DNA of 64,000 bases from NCBI GenBank assembly GCA_965223845.1, contig CBDCXR010000004.1, positions 5,824,001 through 5,888,000 on the forward strand, in the 5' to 3' direction. This document shows, piece by piece, positions 46,575 to 56,827 of the stretch. The stretch is from Planctomycetota bacterium. GTDB lineage: Bacteria; Planctomycetota; UBA8108; SXIK01. The notes under the pieces are model-generated. The model was not told where the DNA came from, made no database searches, and worked only from the letters and a program-made list of their open reading frames with translations. The position numbers and the translations under genes are program-made. Within the stretch, counting starts at the first letter, position 1, and each line of letters begins with the position of its first letter.

Positions 46575-49500
46575 TCACTCGCACGGCGGAAAGAACTCGC
46601 ACTCGAGCTCGTCCGCGGTCGGGTCGAATCCGCAGAAGGGATAGAACGGCGCCGGCGGTGCGGATCCGGCCATGAACGAGTAGCCGAGCGTCCACATCAC
46701 GTCGGAGATGTCGACCTCGCCGTCGTCGTTCGCGTCGGCGGCATCCATGCACTTCGGTGGGCGTCCGTCGACGAAGAGGAAGAGCACGGTCCAGATCGGA
46801 TCGGCGATGTCGAGGAGCGAGTCCGAATTCGCATCGCCGCGGACGAACGCGCGCTCGCCGCGCTCGATCGTAACCTGGAACGTACACGTCGACTCGTTCC
46901 CTGCGGCGTCGCGCGCGCGGCAAGTGATCGTGTGCTCGCCGAGCGTGAGGCGACTTCCCGATGGCGGATTGCAGTCGATGAACACCTCGTCGTCGCCCGC
47001 GCAGAGATCCGTCGCGGTCGGGGCATTGAAGGTGACGATCGTCGTACAGGGAATCGGTCCGCGCTCGTTCGTCGGCGGCCAGCCCGGCGGCTTCTGCGCT
47101 TCTTCGCCCACGGAATCGCATTCGAGGAAGAGATCGACGAGGTCGTCGCAGAGAATCTCGGGTGCCGTGCGATCGATGACGGTCACGGTGAATGAGCACT
47201 CGGCTTCGTTCCCTTCGGCGTCCGTCGCCACGCAGGTCACGGTCGTCTGGCCGACCGGAAAGAGGCTTCCCGAGGCCGGAGTGCACACGACCGCGACGTC
47301 GGGATCGCAGGCGTCTTCCGCGGCGACGTCAAAGTCGACGACCGCACCTTCCCCCGAGGTACACTCCGTGACGATCGGCTCGGGACAAGTGAGCGCGGGC
47401 GGCGTGGTATCGACGACGTTCACGACGAACGAGCATTGCGTCGAATTGCCCGAGCTGTCGGTCGAGGTGCAGACGACCTCGGTCTCGCCGAGCGGGAAGA
47501 TTGTCCCCGAGGGCGGAACGCATTCGACCGGAGGTTGGCCGTCGCACGCGTCATTGCTCACCGGGAGGTCGTACTCGACGAGCGCGCCGCCCTCGCGGTC
47601 GCACTGAACCATCATCGTCGGTGGACAGATGAGCTCGGGCGCGACCTCGTCGACGACCGTGATCGTGAACTCGCAGCTCGCCGAGTTCCCGGACGCGTCG
47701 GTTGCGGTACACGTAACGACGTGCGATCCCGGCGGAAGGACACTCCCCGAGGGAGGATCGCACTCGACGACGGGACGCGGATCGCAGTCGTCGGCGGCTG
47801 CCGGCAGCGGAAACTCGACGACCGAGCCTCCGTCCTCGGTGCAGGAGCGCTCGAACCCTTCAGGACATTCGATCGTCGGCGGCGTGTTGTCGAACACGGT
47901 GACGCTAAAGGAGCACATCGACTCGTTCCCGAGATTGTCGGTCGCAGTGCACTCAACGACCGTGACGCCGAGCGGGAAGAGACTCCCCGACGGAGGCACG
48001 CATTCGACGACGGGGTTCGGATCGCCGGAGTCCGACGCGGTGACGTCGAAGCTGACGACCGCGCCGTCGGCCGATGTGCAGTGCGCCTCGATGTCGCTCG
48101 GGCACTCGATCATCGGCGGGCCGGAGTCGGTCACGATGACGTTAAACGAGCATTCGATGACGTTTCCGCCTTGATCGTCGGCGGTGCAGGTGACGACCGT
48201 CGTCCCGATCGGAAACATGCTCCCCGACGGGGGAAGGCACGAGAGGTTCGGGGCGGGATCGCAGTTGTCGTTCGTCACTGGCGTCGTGTACTCGACCACC
48301 GCGCCTTCGGGACTCGTCGCTTCGGTCGTGATGTCGCCGACGCAGAGGAGCTCCGGCACTTCCACGTCGACGACCTCGATGTCGAACGTGCACTCCGAGG
48401 CGTTTCCGCTCGCATCGGTCGCCGTGCACGTGACGCTGTTTACGCCGAGAGGGATGACCGCGCCGCTCGGCGGGTCGCACACGAGGACCGGATCGGCGTC
48501 GCATGCATCGAAGACGACGGGAAGCGGATACTGCACTTTGCCACCGTCGTCGCATTCGACGACGATCGCTTCGGGCGGGCAGACGATCATCGGCGGAGTT
48601 CGGTCGACGACGGTGACGTCGAACGAACATTCCGCTGAGTTTCCGGCCGCATCGGTCGCGGTACAGACGACGGTCGTCACTCCGACGTCGAAGTTTGAAC
48701 CGGACGGAGGGTCGCAGGTGGCAGTCACGGAAGTGTCACACTGGTCCACGGCGCTGACCTCGAACATGACGACCGATCCTTCGGCCGATTCGCACTCGTA
48801 CGTGAAGCTCTCGGGGCAATGGATGGCGGGCGGAAGCGTATCGACGACGGAGACGGAGAACTCGCTCTCGCTTTCGTTCCCGAACTGATCGGTCGCGCGG
48901 CAGGTCACCACCGTGACGCCCGGTAGAAACACCGATCCGCGCGGAGGGTCGCATTCGACCGCGGGTGATGGGTCGCACGCGTCGACGGCCGTTACCGAGA
49001 AGTCGACGGGAGTTCCGCCCGGACCCGCGCACTCGACGATGAGGTCGGCGGGCGCGACGATCTGCGGCGGCGAGAGATCGTCGACCGTCACCGAGAACTC
49101 GCAACTCATCTCGTTTCCGCTCGAGTCCGTCGCCGTGCAGGTGACGAGCGTCGTTCCCATCGGGAAGAACGAGCCCGACGGCGGATCGCACGCGATGGTG
49201 ACGTCGCCGTCGCACTCACCGACGACCACGGGTGCGGGGTAGTCGACGGTGGCGCCGTCGACGCTGTCGCAGTCGACGAGGACATCTTCAAGGCAAACGA
49301 TAGCCGGAGGTGCTTCGTCGACGACGACCACCTCGAATGAGCACTCGGACGAATTCCCCGAGGAGTCGGTCGCGGTGCAAGTCACGGTCGTCGTTCCGGG
49401 CTGGAACGCGCTTCCCGATGGTGGCTCACAGACGATCGTCACTCCGCCGTCCCCGCAGGCGTCGGTCGCCATCGGAGACGGAAACTCGACCTCGACGCCG

Positions 49501-51308
49501 CCTCCGACGGGGCCATCGGCGCTGCAGGAAACTTCGATCGGCCCCTGCGGACAGGTGATCCGCGGCGGGGTCGTATCGCGCACGACAACCGAGAATTCGC
49601 ATTCGGCGCTGTTTCCCGCCTCGTCGGTCGCGACGCAGCGGACGATCGTCTCGCCGAGCGGGAACGCGCTTCCGGACGGCGGGTCGCAAACGACGTCGAC
49701 ATCGGGGTCGCAGCGATCGGAAGCGACCGATCGAAAAAAGACCGGCGTGCCGTTCTCCGATGTGCACTCGACCGTGATGTCGCTTGGGCAAACGACGGCG
49801 GGCGGCGTCGTATCGACGATGTTGACGACGAACTCGCACTGATACATGTCGCCGGCGTCCGTCGTCGCCGTGCAGCGAACGGTGGTTTCGCCGAGGGGAA
49901 AGAGGCTTCCGGACGGCGGATCGCACTCGACGGTCGCCGGCGTCTCGCAGGAGAGACTGAGCATCGGAAGCGGAAACTCGACGGTCGCGCCGCCCGGCTC
50001 CGTCGCTTCGGCGGTGACGTCACCGGCGCAGTAGAGTAGCGGTTCGGCGTCGGCGACGACCTCGACCACAAACGTCGCCTCGGAGGAGTTGCCCGAATCG
50101 TCGCTCGCGACGCAGGTGACGGTGGTCGCGCCGACTGGAAAGACACTTCCGCTCGGCGGGTCGCAAATGATCTCGACGTCGCGATCGCAGATATCGGTCG
50201 CGACCGGCGCGGGATAGTTGACGACGGCGTCATCACCGCCCGCGCAGTCGACGACGATGCGCTCGGCCGGAACGCTGAGCGCCGGAGGAGTCGTATCGAC
50301 GACTTCGACCTCGAACGAGCAGCACTCCTTGTTCCCTTGAAGATCGATCACCTGGCATCGCACCGTCCGGCGACCGAGCGGAAGGATCGTTCCCGGCGGC
50401 GGAAAGCAGATCACCTTCGGGTTCGGATCACAGTCGTCCTCGGCGTGAACGTCGTAGACGATCGCGGCGCCTTCGGGGCACTGGCACTCGAAGGTGAGAA
50501 CGCCTTCGGGGCAGCGAATCGTCGGCGGAGTCGTATCGTCCGGACAGAGCGCGCAATCGCCGGACTCGGGATTCGATCGCCAGACGTCGCGGAGGATGTT
50601 GGCGAGGCGCGCGATCGTGAGCCCGCAGGGATCGCCGCCGCCCGGGCAGCTCGCGAGCTCGCAGAGCGTTTGCGCGGCAGCGAGGAACTCGGAAAGCGGG
50701 GTCGCTTCGGTGACGACGAGCGCGGCATCCGGATCTCCCGCATCCGGATCCGGGACGAAGATCGCGCCGCAGCGAAGGACGACGCGGAAGGGATCGATCC
50801 CGAAACACGAGAGAGTGTTCTCGCTGAGCTTTCCGTCGCCGAAGAGACGCGAGCGGCGGAGGTTGAGCTCCGTCACGAGCGCGTCGGACTTCAGCCAGAC
50901 GCAGGGTTCACCGTCGATCCGATTCGTCCGGAGAATGCGCTGCGCATCCGCGGCAGTCGCGACGACTTCGCCGCACACCGACGGCGGATCGAGTGGATCG
51001 TCCGGCGTCCCGAGCAGCAAGGTCTCGAGCGGATGGTCGTCGAACGACTTGTAGCAGGACCGCGGGTTGGTGCCGTCGTTTGACGGACATGCCCCGGGTC
51101 CACCTCCGTCGCCGGCGTCGAGCGCACCGGCGCCGCCGGCGAGATCGTCGGCCGTCGGACAGCCGAGGTCGATCGGCCCGTCGGCCGAAAGAGGACTCGC
51201 CGCGGAGAACGCGATGGCGGTCATGAGTCCCGCCGCCACTTTCAGAGCGGCCATCCCACGACATCCCCGCACGACGCGCGTCGACGCTTCGTCTCGCATC
51301 ACTCTCAC
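46575..51308 (-). CDS. Large secreted HYR-repeat protein (15 repeats) with C-terminal dockerin-like domain
   Basis: 15 copies of DTTPPxIxCP...CxPPSGSxFPxGxTxVxCxATD...CxFxVxV; tail FVRGDANSD...DANDDG...C. Start uncertain (could be ~51299 or ~51254). Confidence 0.9.
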   Translation of the reverse strand: MRVMRDEASTRVVRGCRGMAALKVAAGLMTAIAFSAASPLSADGPIDLGCPTADDLAGGAGALDAGDGGGPGACPSNDGTNPRSCYKSFDDHPLETLLLGTPDDPLDPPSVCGEVVATAADAQRILRTNRIDGEPCVWLKSDALVTELNLRRSRLFGDGKLSENTLSCFGIDPFRVVLRCGAIFVPDPDAGDPDAALVVTEATPLSEFLAAAQTLCELASCPGGGDPCGLTIARLANILRDVWRSNPESGDCALCPDDTTPPTIRCPEGVLTFECQCPEGAAIVYDVHAEDDCDPNPKVICFPPPGTILPLGRRTVRCQVIDLQGNKECCSFEVEVVDTTPPALSVPAERIVVDCAGGDDAVVNYPAPVATDICDRDVEIICDPPSGSVFPVGATTVTCVASDDSGNSSEATFVVEVVADAEPLLYCAGDVTAEATEPGGATVEFPLPMLSLSCETPATVECDPPSGSLFPLGETTVRCTATTDAGDMYQCEFVVNIVDTTPPAVVCPSDITVECTSENGTPVFFRSVASDRCDPDVDVVCDPPSGSAFPLGETIVRCVATDEAGNSAECEFSVVVRDTTPPRITCPQGPIEVSCSADGPVGGGVEVEFPSPMATDACGDGGVTIVCEPPSGSAFQPGTTTVTCTATDSSGNSSECSFEVVVVDEAPPAIVCLEDVLVDCDSVDGATVDYPAPVVVGECDGDVTIACDPPSGSFFPMGTTLVTCTATDSSGNEMSCEFSVTVDDLSPPQIVAPADLIVECAGPGGTPVDFSVTAVDACDPSPAVECDPPRGSVFLPGVTVVTCRATDQFGNESESEFSVSVVDTLPPAIHCPESFTYECESAEGSVVMFEVSAVDQCDTSVTATCDPPSGSNFDVGVTTVVCTATDAAGNSAECSFDVTVVDRTPPMIVCPPEAIVVECDDGGKVQYPLPVVFDACDADPVLVCDPPSGAVIPLGVNSVTCTATDASGNASECTFDIEVVDVEVPELLCVGDITTEATSPEGAVVEYTTPVTNDNCDPAPNLSCLPPSGSMFPIGTTVVTCTADDQGGNVIECSFNVIVTDSGPPMIECPSDIEAHCTSADGAVVSFDVTASDSGDPNPVVECVPPSGSLFPLGVTVVECTATDNLGNESMCSFSVTVFDNTPPTIECPEGFERSCTEDGGSVVEFPLPAAADDCDPRPVVECDPPSGSVLPPGSHVVTCTATDASGNSASCEFTITVVDEVAPELICPPTMMVQCDREGGALVEYDLPVSNDACDGQPPVECVPPSGTIFPLGETEVVCTSTDSSGNSTQCSFVVNVVDTTPPALTCPEPIVTECTSGEGAVVDFDVAAEDACDPDVAVVCTPASGSLFPVGQTTVTCVATDAEGNEAECSFTVTVIDRTAPEILCDDLVDLFLECDSVGEEAQKPPGWPPTNERGPIPCTTIVTFNAPTATDLCAGDDEVFIDCNPPSGSRLTLGEHTITCRARDAAGNESTCTFQVTIERGERAFVRGDANSDSLLDIADPIWTVLFLFVDGRPPKCMDAADANDDGEVDISDVMWTLGYSFMAGSAPPAPFYPFCGFDPTADELECEFFPPCE

Positions 51309-51538
51309 CCTTTCGCGAGTCTCTCGCTCGGCCTCAGCCGATCCGCGCGCGCGGATCAGCGGTACCCGAGCGCCCTATCCTTCGACTCGCAGGATACGGC
51401 CCGCGGCGGGCGCACAACAACCCCGACGCGCAGAGCGGCGCTCGCGGCGACGCGTTCCGGTTCGTCAAACGTTTGGGTTCCGCGCGCCGAGAAACTCGGA
51501 TCCACTCGGCGCGCGTAGCTCGAGATTCAAGCCGGGAG

Positions 51539-52867
51539 TCAGAATTTGACGGTCACGGAGCGGCGCTCTCCCTTTCGAAGAACGTCGAGCCGGAGCACGG
51601 ACCCGGGGCGATAGTGGTTCAGCCGCAGGTACGCGTGAAACTCGCCCTCGGAGCGATGCTCGGTGTGACCGTCGTAGCCGACGATCACGTCACCTTTCTT
51701 GAGGCCCGAACGGCGTACGGCCGAGCCGAAGATTCCGCGGACGTTCAGCGCGAGCTGGTTCGCCGCGATGCCCCGCTCCTTTTTCGCGTCCGGCTTGAAC
51801 GCTTGCACCCAGAGTCCAGGCGACGGCGGCATTCCGTACATCGAACCGCGCCAGGAGAGATTCCCCTCTCGCCATTTTCCCGAGAGCGCGAGCGTCGCGG
51901 CGATGGTTCCGCCGTCGCGTTTCAGCGTCGCGGGGAGCTCCGTCTTGACCGGAAGGTGATGCAGCACGAACTGCACGTCGGCGAAGGAGAGGATCTTTTG
52001 GCCGCCGAGTGTGTCGAGCTCGTCGCCCGGACGGATTCCCGCTCGGGCCGCCGCTGAGTCGGGAACGACCCGCTCGACGCGGCGTCCACCGGTCCTCTCG
52101 AGGACGACGCCGACGGAATCGGGAAGCGGATACTTCCAAAGCTTCCGCGGATCGTACGTCCCCGCGTCGAGGGCGACGTCGTGAAACGCGTCGTAGACGT
52201 TGTGGCAGTGGATGCACTGCTCGCGCCCCGGCTTCCGGGCGAGGATCTTTCGGATGCGCTTCGAAGGGATCTCCTTCACGAGGCGAACCTTCGGCGACGG
52301 TCCCTTCTTCGCCGCGAAGAAGTCGCGGTTCTTCGGATAACGAGAGTGCTCCTCGAGCACGCGCTCCATCGTCTTCGTGAGACCGGCGACGGAGTTGATC
52401 GCCATCGGCCCTTCCTTCGTGCGACTCCCGTACCTCGCGAATACGGTTCCGTCGGAGTGAAGAAAGAGCGCCGCCCAGGTGAGGTCGAAGTCGAATTGAT
52501 GCTGCGCGAGGTCGAGATCGTTCATGCGAACGATGCGGACGCAGACGAACTTCTCGGTCAGCTTCCTCAGCTTCGGATCGCGACGGACAACCTGCCCGTC
52601 AAAGCCTTTGCAGGTCTCTCACGGCACTCACCGAAAGAGGAGAAAGATCGGCTTCTTTTCTCGCGCAGCTTTCGCGCGGGCCGCCTCCCAATCGCCGTAG
52701 ATCCAGTGCGAAGCGATCTCGTCGCCGAGTTCGCGCTGGAGGGAGTCGGCGCCGTCCTGGGCCGGCGCGACTGAAGAAAGTGCGCCGGTGAGAATTCCGA
52801 GCGTGCCGAGCGCGATGAGCGCGCGCAGCGTCCTTCGGGATAAGGAAGATGAGTGCGAACGCGACAT
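51539..52867 (-). CDS. Trx-like/CxxCH/PDZ domain selenoprotein with two in-frame UGA (Sec) codons
   Basis: ORFs 52628..52888 and 51539..52525 are in one frame. The linker reads KKPIFLLFR-TGA-V-P-TGA-ETCKGFDGQVVRRDPKLRKLTEKFVCVRIVR-MND... TGA at 52630-52628 and 52621-52619. GGAGGT SD before ATG 52867, signal peptide, CIHCH, two PDZ-like domains. Confidence 0.85.
52582..52600 (-). promoter_or_regulatory. Candidate bacterial SECIS hairpin
   Basis: mRNA GACGGGCA-GGU-UGUCCGUC (8-bp stem with one G-U, loop starting with G). The stem begins 18 nt after the second UGA. Confidence 0.55.
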
Positions 52868-53003
52868 GCGAACCTCCGGGGAAATCACACGGCATCGAGT
52901 GTCGCGCTAGTTCGGCCGATGATCAATGAAGATTCGTTCGTCGAAGGCAGTGTGGCCCCGGCTCTGTGCGCAGGCCGGTCCCGAGCGCGCGTAATGCGAA
53001 GTG

Positions 53004-53044
53004 AAAAACCGCCCCGTCCGCAGCCTCGAGCGGTCGGGGCGGTT
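53004..53044 (-). terminator. Rho-independent terminator of the spondin-domain gene
   Basis: CCGCCCCG..CCGC / GCGG..CGGGGCGG stem followed on the minus strand by a T-run, about 40 nt after the stop at 53085. Confidence 0.6.
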
Positions 53045-53084
53045 GCCGAGATGCGCGAGGTACTGCGCTCGCGCGCGAACGGTC

Positions 53085-53798
53085 TTACTTGCGAAGGCGC
53101 ACGCGGCGGAGCGTCACGCGCGCGACCGGGTTTTTCCAGTCGCTCTCGGAAGATTCGAGGTCACCGACACCGTGGATGCCCGAGTGCACGTGTACGAACC
53201 CTTCCGCACCCTCGGTTGCGCGGACGCCCGGGTTGCCGCAAGGAGGTCCGGGAATGTGCGAGCAGAGCTCGTTGTTGGCTTCGCTTCCGGCGTCGTAGCC
53301 GCGAAGGAGGAACGAGCGCTCGCCGTACGTCGGTGCTCGCTGACCGCGCATGGCGTAGAAGCCGTCGTTCGTCGTCACCATCATGCCGACGAGGGAAATC
53401 CACGAGGCGCGCCGCGAACCGTCGATCACCTTCGTGACCGTCTCGCCGGGAAGTATGGGGCCGTTCTCGCCCGTGGCGAGTTGAACGTCGCGCACCTGAG
53501 AGCTGCCGGAGAGTTTGTCGATGAGCGGATCGTTCATCGCGTCTTCGGCCACCGCGGCGAGCTCGTCTGACGCCGGCGCCCCGAGAGTGAAGAGCGGCAT
53601 CATGTCGCTCGAGTGAGCGTAGATGATCGCGGGCGAAAAGATCTGCCCTCGGGTGATGTTCGTGATGCTCACTTCGATTCCGAAACTAGGCGACTCCGGG
53701 CGCATGATCTGTCGGTGATCCGCCTCGAGCGCCGCGAGTCCGACCAAACCGAGAGATCCGACGACGATCGCGCTGCCCACGATCCGCTTTCTATTCAT
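53085..53798 (-). CDS. Spondin_N domain secreted protein
   Basis: GGAG SD and signal peptide; ITNITRGQIFSP, LAAVAEDA, MMVTTNDGF, YDAGSEANNE, VHVHSGIHG, WKNPVARVT. Confidence 0.87.
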   Translation of the reverse strand: MNRKRIVGSAIVVGSLGLVGLAALEADHRQIMRPESPSFGIEVSITNITRGQIFSPAIIYAHSSDMMPLFTLGAPASDELAAVAEDAMNDPLIDKLSGSSQVRDVQLATGENGPILPGETVTKVIDGSRRASWISLVGMMVTTNDGFYAMRGQRAPTYGERSFLLRGYDAGSEANNELCSHIPGPPCGNPGVRATEGAEGFVHVHSGIHGVGDLESSESDWKNPVARVTLRRVRLRK

Positions 53799-54016
53799 GA
53801 CAACTCCTGTTTTCCTCCGATGAGCCCCGTCGACGGAGCTCCTTCGATCGCACTTCGGAACCGCATCCGATAGTGGTTCGTTCCGTTTGAAAACACCGCC
53901 GCGCGGGTCGACACTCTCCCGCGCGCCGCGGGTTCTCGTTCGTGGTAAGATTTGCCGTTCTCGGTCGATCGGTTACGGGAATCTTCATCTTCTCGCCCAC
54001 CGGAAATTGTTGTGAC

Positions 54017-54625
54017 ATGCGGCCCCCCACCGGCTCATCCGCAGGTAGGATCGGTTCGAGCGCGACGTCGGGTCCGCCGGATGCGAGTTACGCGGAATGG
54101 ATGGTCGCCTATCAGGCTGGCGATGCTTCGTCGTTCGAGAAGATCTACGGACAACTCGCGCCGGTTCTGCGCGGGTATCTTCGTTCCCTCTGTGCCGACG
54201 CGACGCGGGCCGAAGACTTGCTTCAGGACAGCTTTTTGCAAATCCATCGTTCACGTCACACTTATCAGCCCTCGCGGCCGTTTCGGCCGTGGGCGTTCGC
54301 GATCGCGCGTCACGTCTATCAAACCGATTGCCGCTCCCGGTCTCGGCGTGCGCGCCACGAAAAAGAGGCCGCGGTGGACGACGTGTACGTGCCGCCAGAG
54401 TTCGAGCGGTTCGCCGCGCGCGATGTACTGGCGTCGGCGCTCGCCTTGCTCGCACCGGATCGACGCGAGATGCTCGTTCTCCATCACGCGTTCGGTTTTT
54501 CCTTCGCCGAGATCGGTCGAGTTTTGAGCATTCGTGCCGGCACCGCCAAGGTACGAGCCCATCGCGCGCTCGTTCAGTTGCGGAATCACCTGGGAGCTCA
54601 AGGGAGTAGCGGCGATGTCGAGTGA
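54017..54625 (+). CDS. ECF RNA polymerase sigma factor
   Basis: AEDLLQDSFLQIHRSRHTY, PFRPWAFAIARH, SFAEIG, TAKVRAHRA. Start uncertain. Confidence 0.9.
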   Translation: MRPPTGSSAGRIGSSATSGPPDASYAEWMVAYQAGDASSFEKIYGQLAPVLRGYLRSLCADATRAEDLLQDSFLQIHRSRHTYQPSRPFRPWAFAIARHVYQTDCRSRSRRARHEKEAAVDDVYVPPEFERFAARDVLASALALLAPDRREMLVLHHAFGFSFAEIGRVLSIRAGTAKVRAHRALVQLRNHLGAQGSSGDVE

Positions 54626-55280
54626 ACCGCTTCCCCCTCGATTGAAGGAGGCCGTGTCTGAGGATCTCGCGCCCGTTCGTCCCCTCGGGCCTTCGTGGCG
54701 TCGCGCGCTCGCGGTCGTGCCTTGTCTCGTCGTCGCGGGGGTGATCATCGCGCTCTCCGGAATCCGCGGTGACGTGGACGCGATGGGACCGTGGCTCTCT
54801 TGGGGAGCGTCGGCCCTGCTCGTCGCCATCGCGATCGGCGGATTCGTTCTGCTCGCGCGGGAGTCGGTACCGGGTTCGGGCGTGCCTCTCTCGATGATTC
54901 TCGCTGGCGCGGCGATCGCGGGGGTGATCGAGTTCGCATTCGCGCGTTCGGTGCACCAAGCGACGCCGAATCCCGCGCCGGCGAACCAGACGGTCCAGAT
55001 GGTGGGCGCCTGCTTCGTTGCGATCGTACTCTTTGCCGCGCCCTGTGTTTTCGTGGGCGCGGTGATGGTTCGGCGCGCGCTTCCGGCGCGACCGGCGATG
55101 TGCGGCGCGCTCGCCGGAGCCGCCGGCACGATCGGAGCGGAGGGGCTCTGGCGGCTTCACTGTCCGTTTACCGACGCGGGACACTTCGCGTTCGGCCACG
55201 TGCTTCCCGCGGTCGTGTTTGCGGTCGCGGCGATGTTGCTCTTCCGTCGATTCGCGCGGCCTCGAGGAGAGGTGAGCTGA
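54615..55280 (+). CDS. NrsF/DUF1109-like membrane anti-sigma factor
   Basis: DLAPVRPL N-terminus, about six TM segments, conserved Cys and WRLHCP...H. Overlaps the sigma gene. Confidence 0.8.
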   Translation: MSSEPLPPRLKEAVSEDLAPVRPLGPSWRRALAVVPCLVVAGVIIALSGIRGDVDAMGPWLSWGASALLVAIAIGGFVLLARESVPGSGVPLSMILAGAAIAGVIEFAFARSVHQATPNPAPANQTVQMVGACFVAIVLFAAPCVFVGAVMVRRALPARPAMCGALAGAAGTIGAEGLWRLHCPFTDAGHFAFGHVLPAVVFAVAAMLLFRRFARPRGEVS

Positions 55281-55622
55281 AGGCGGAGTGCGCGGTGCGG
55301 CGGGTGGGGTTCGCATTCGCGCCGCTCCCGCGTCCTCCCCGTTGAGAGCGTCGCGGCCGGCCGAACGGATCGGGCTCCGCGGGCGCCGTTCGGCGGAGTT
55401 CGTCCGCGTGCGCCCGCGCGGGCTCCGGGCTAGCGCGGCCCGGTGCTCTCGGCGACTCGGGAGGCGAAGTTCGCCGAGCGATTCGGGTGGCGGCCGCATC
55501 TCCGCGCGCGCGAGTCCGCTTTGCACCGCTTGCGAACGTCGGCTCCGCGCTCCAAGCTACCGATGCCTGACTCGCCGTTCTCCGAGCCAACGTCACCTCG
55601 CTCTCTCGGAGAACTCGATCTC

Positions 55623-56537
55623 GTGCAACCGCGACGAATACTCTTCGGCGCGACCTATCTCGTCACTCGGCGCTGCACTCAGCGGCAGTTCCTCCTGCGT
55701 CCGGACGAGAGGGTCAATCGTGCCGTGCTCTACTGTCTCGCGTACGCGGCCAACGAAACTGGCGTCGAAATCCACGCGTTTGTAGCGCTCTCGAATCACT
55801 ATCACCTCTTGGTCACCGATCCGGCGGATCGGATCCCGCGTTTCCTGCATCGGCTCAATTCGCTCCTCGCGCGGTGCCTGAACGCCATGCGAGCCCGGTT
55901 CGGCAACCTCTTCGAAACTTCGGGGCCGAGCTATGTGCGGGCGATCGAGCCGAACGACGTGCTTCGGCAACTCGCCTACACGATTTGCAATCCAGTGTCG
56001 TCGGGACTCGTGCTCAACGCGAAGGACTGGCCGGGGGTTCGAAGCGAGCCGAGTCAGTTCGGAACGACGGTGATCGCGGAGAAGCCCGACTGGTTTTTCT
56101 CGGAACAAATGCCCGACGAGGTTCCGATCGTAGTCTCGCCGCCGCCCTGTTTTGGAGGGTGGGATCTCGCTCAGCTCAGGGCGGAGGTCGAACGAACGGT
56201 CGCCGAGCACGAAGCGACCTGCCGCGCGGAGATCGAGCGATCGAAAAGCGGATTTCTCGGCGCGAAACGGGTGAGGAATCAGAGCCCGACCGACTCACCC
56301 GCGGGCTACGAGAAGAAATGGAAGTTGTCGCCGACGATCCAGGCGAAGCGACCCGGGCCGAGAGTCGAAGAGATTCGCGCGCTGATCGCGTTCCGTGTCC
56401 GCTACCGCGCGGTGCTTCAGCAATTCCGCGAAGGTGCGAAAGACGTCGAATTCCCCGCCGGGACGTATTGGATGCGCGTCTTCCATCGCCAGCGGTGCGA
56501 ACGCCTCGTCTCGGGAGCGGTGCCGCTCGCCCCGTAG
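55623..56537 (+). mobile_element. Y1 (HUH) transposase, REP-associated tyrosine transposase (RAYT)-like
   Basis: YLVTRRCTQRQFLL, FVALSNHYHLLV (HUH), AYTICNPVSSGLV...DWPG, FPAGTYWMR. Start GTG 55623 is likelier than 55443. Confidence 0.82.
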
Positions 56538-56750
56538 CGGTATCCGCATCACTTCCGACTCTCGACTGCGCCAAGAACTCGGCGCCGCAGGGGGAGAGGT
56601 CTGTCCGGACGGAGCGCTTTTTCGCTTGGAACTGTACAAACTCGCGCCAAGTGTCGCGAAGCGACCGGTTCCCGGGCGAAATGCGGCCAACGGAGCCCCA
56701 TCAACAAAATCCAACATACTCCTTAATAACTAATCATTCCCAGATGAACC

Positions 56751-56827
56751 CGGTTTGTCGCCGCGCCAACCCGGTTCCGGTCCGGCCCCTCGGTTTGTCG
56801 CCGCGCCAACCCGGTTCCGGTCCGGCC
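56751..56827. repeat. Perfect 37-bp direct repeat (40-bp period) downstream of the transposase
   Basis: CGGTTTGTCGCCGCGCCAACCCGGTTCCGGTCCGGCC at 56751-56787 and 56791-56827, plus a partial third copy to ~56847. Confidence 0.85.

Noticed and set aside
51539-52888. Pseudogene or two separate genes
   Set aside because: Both TGAs sit at expected redox Cys positions, the rest of the frame is intact, and SECIS-like hairpins follow.
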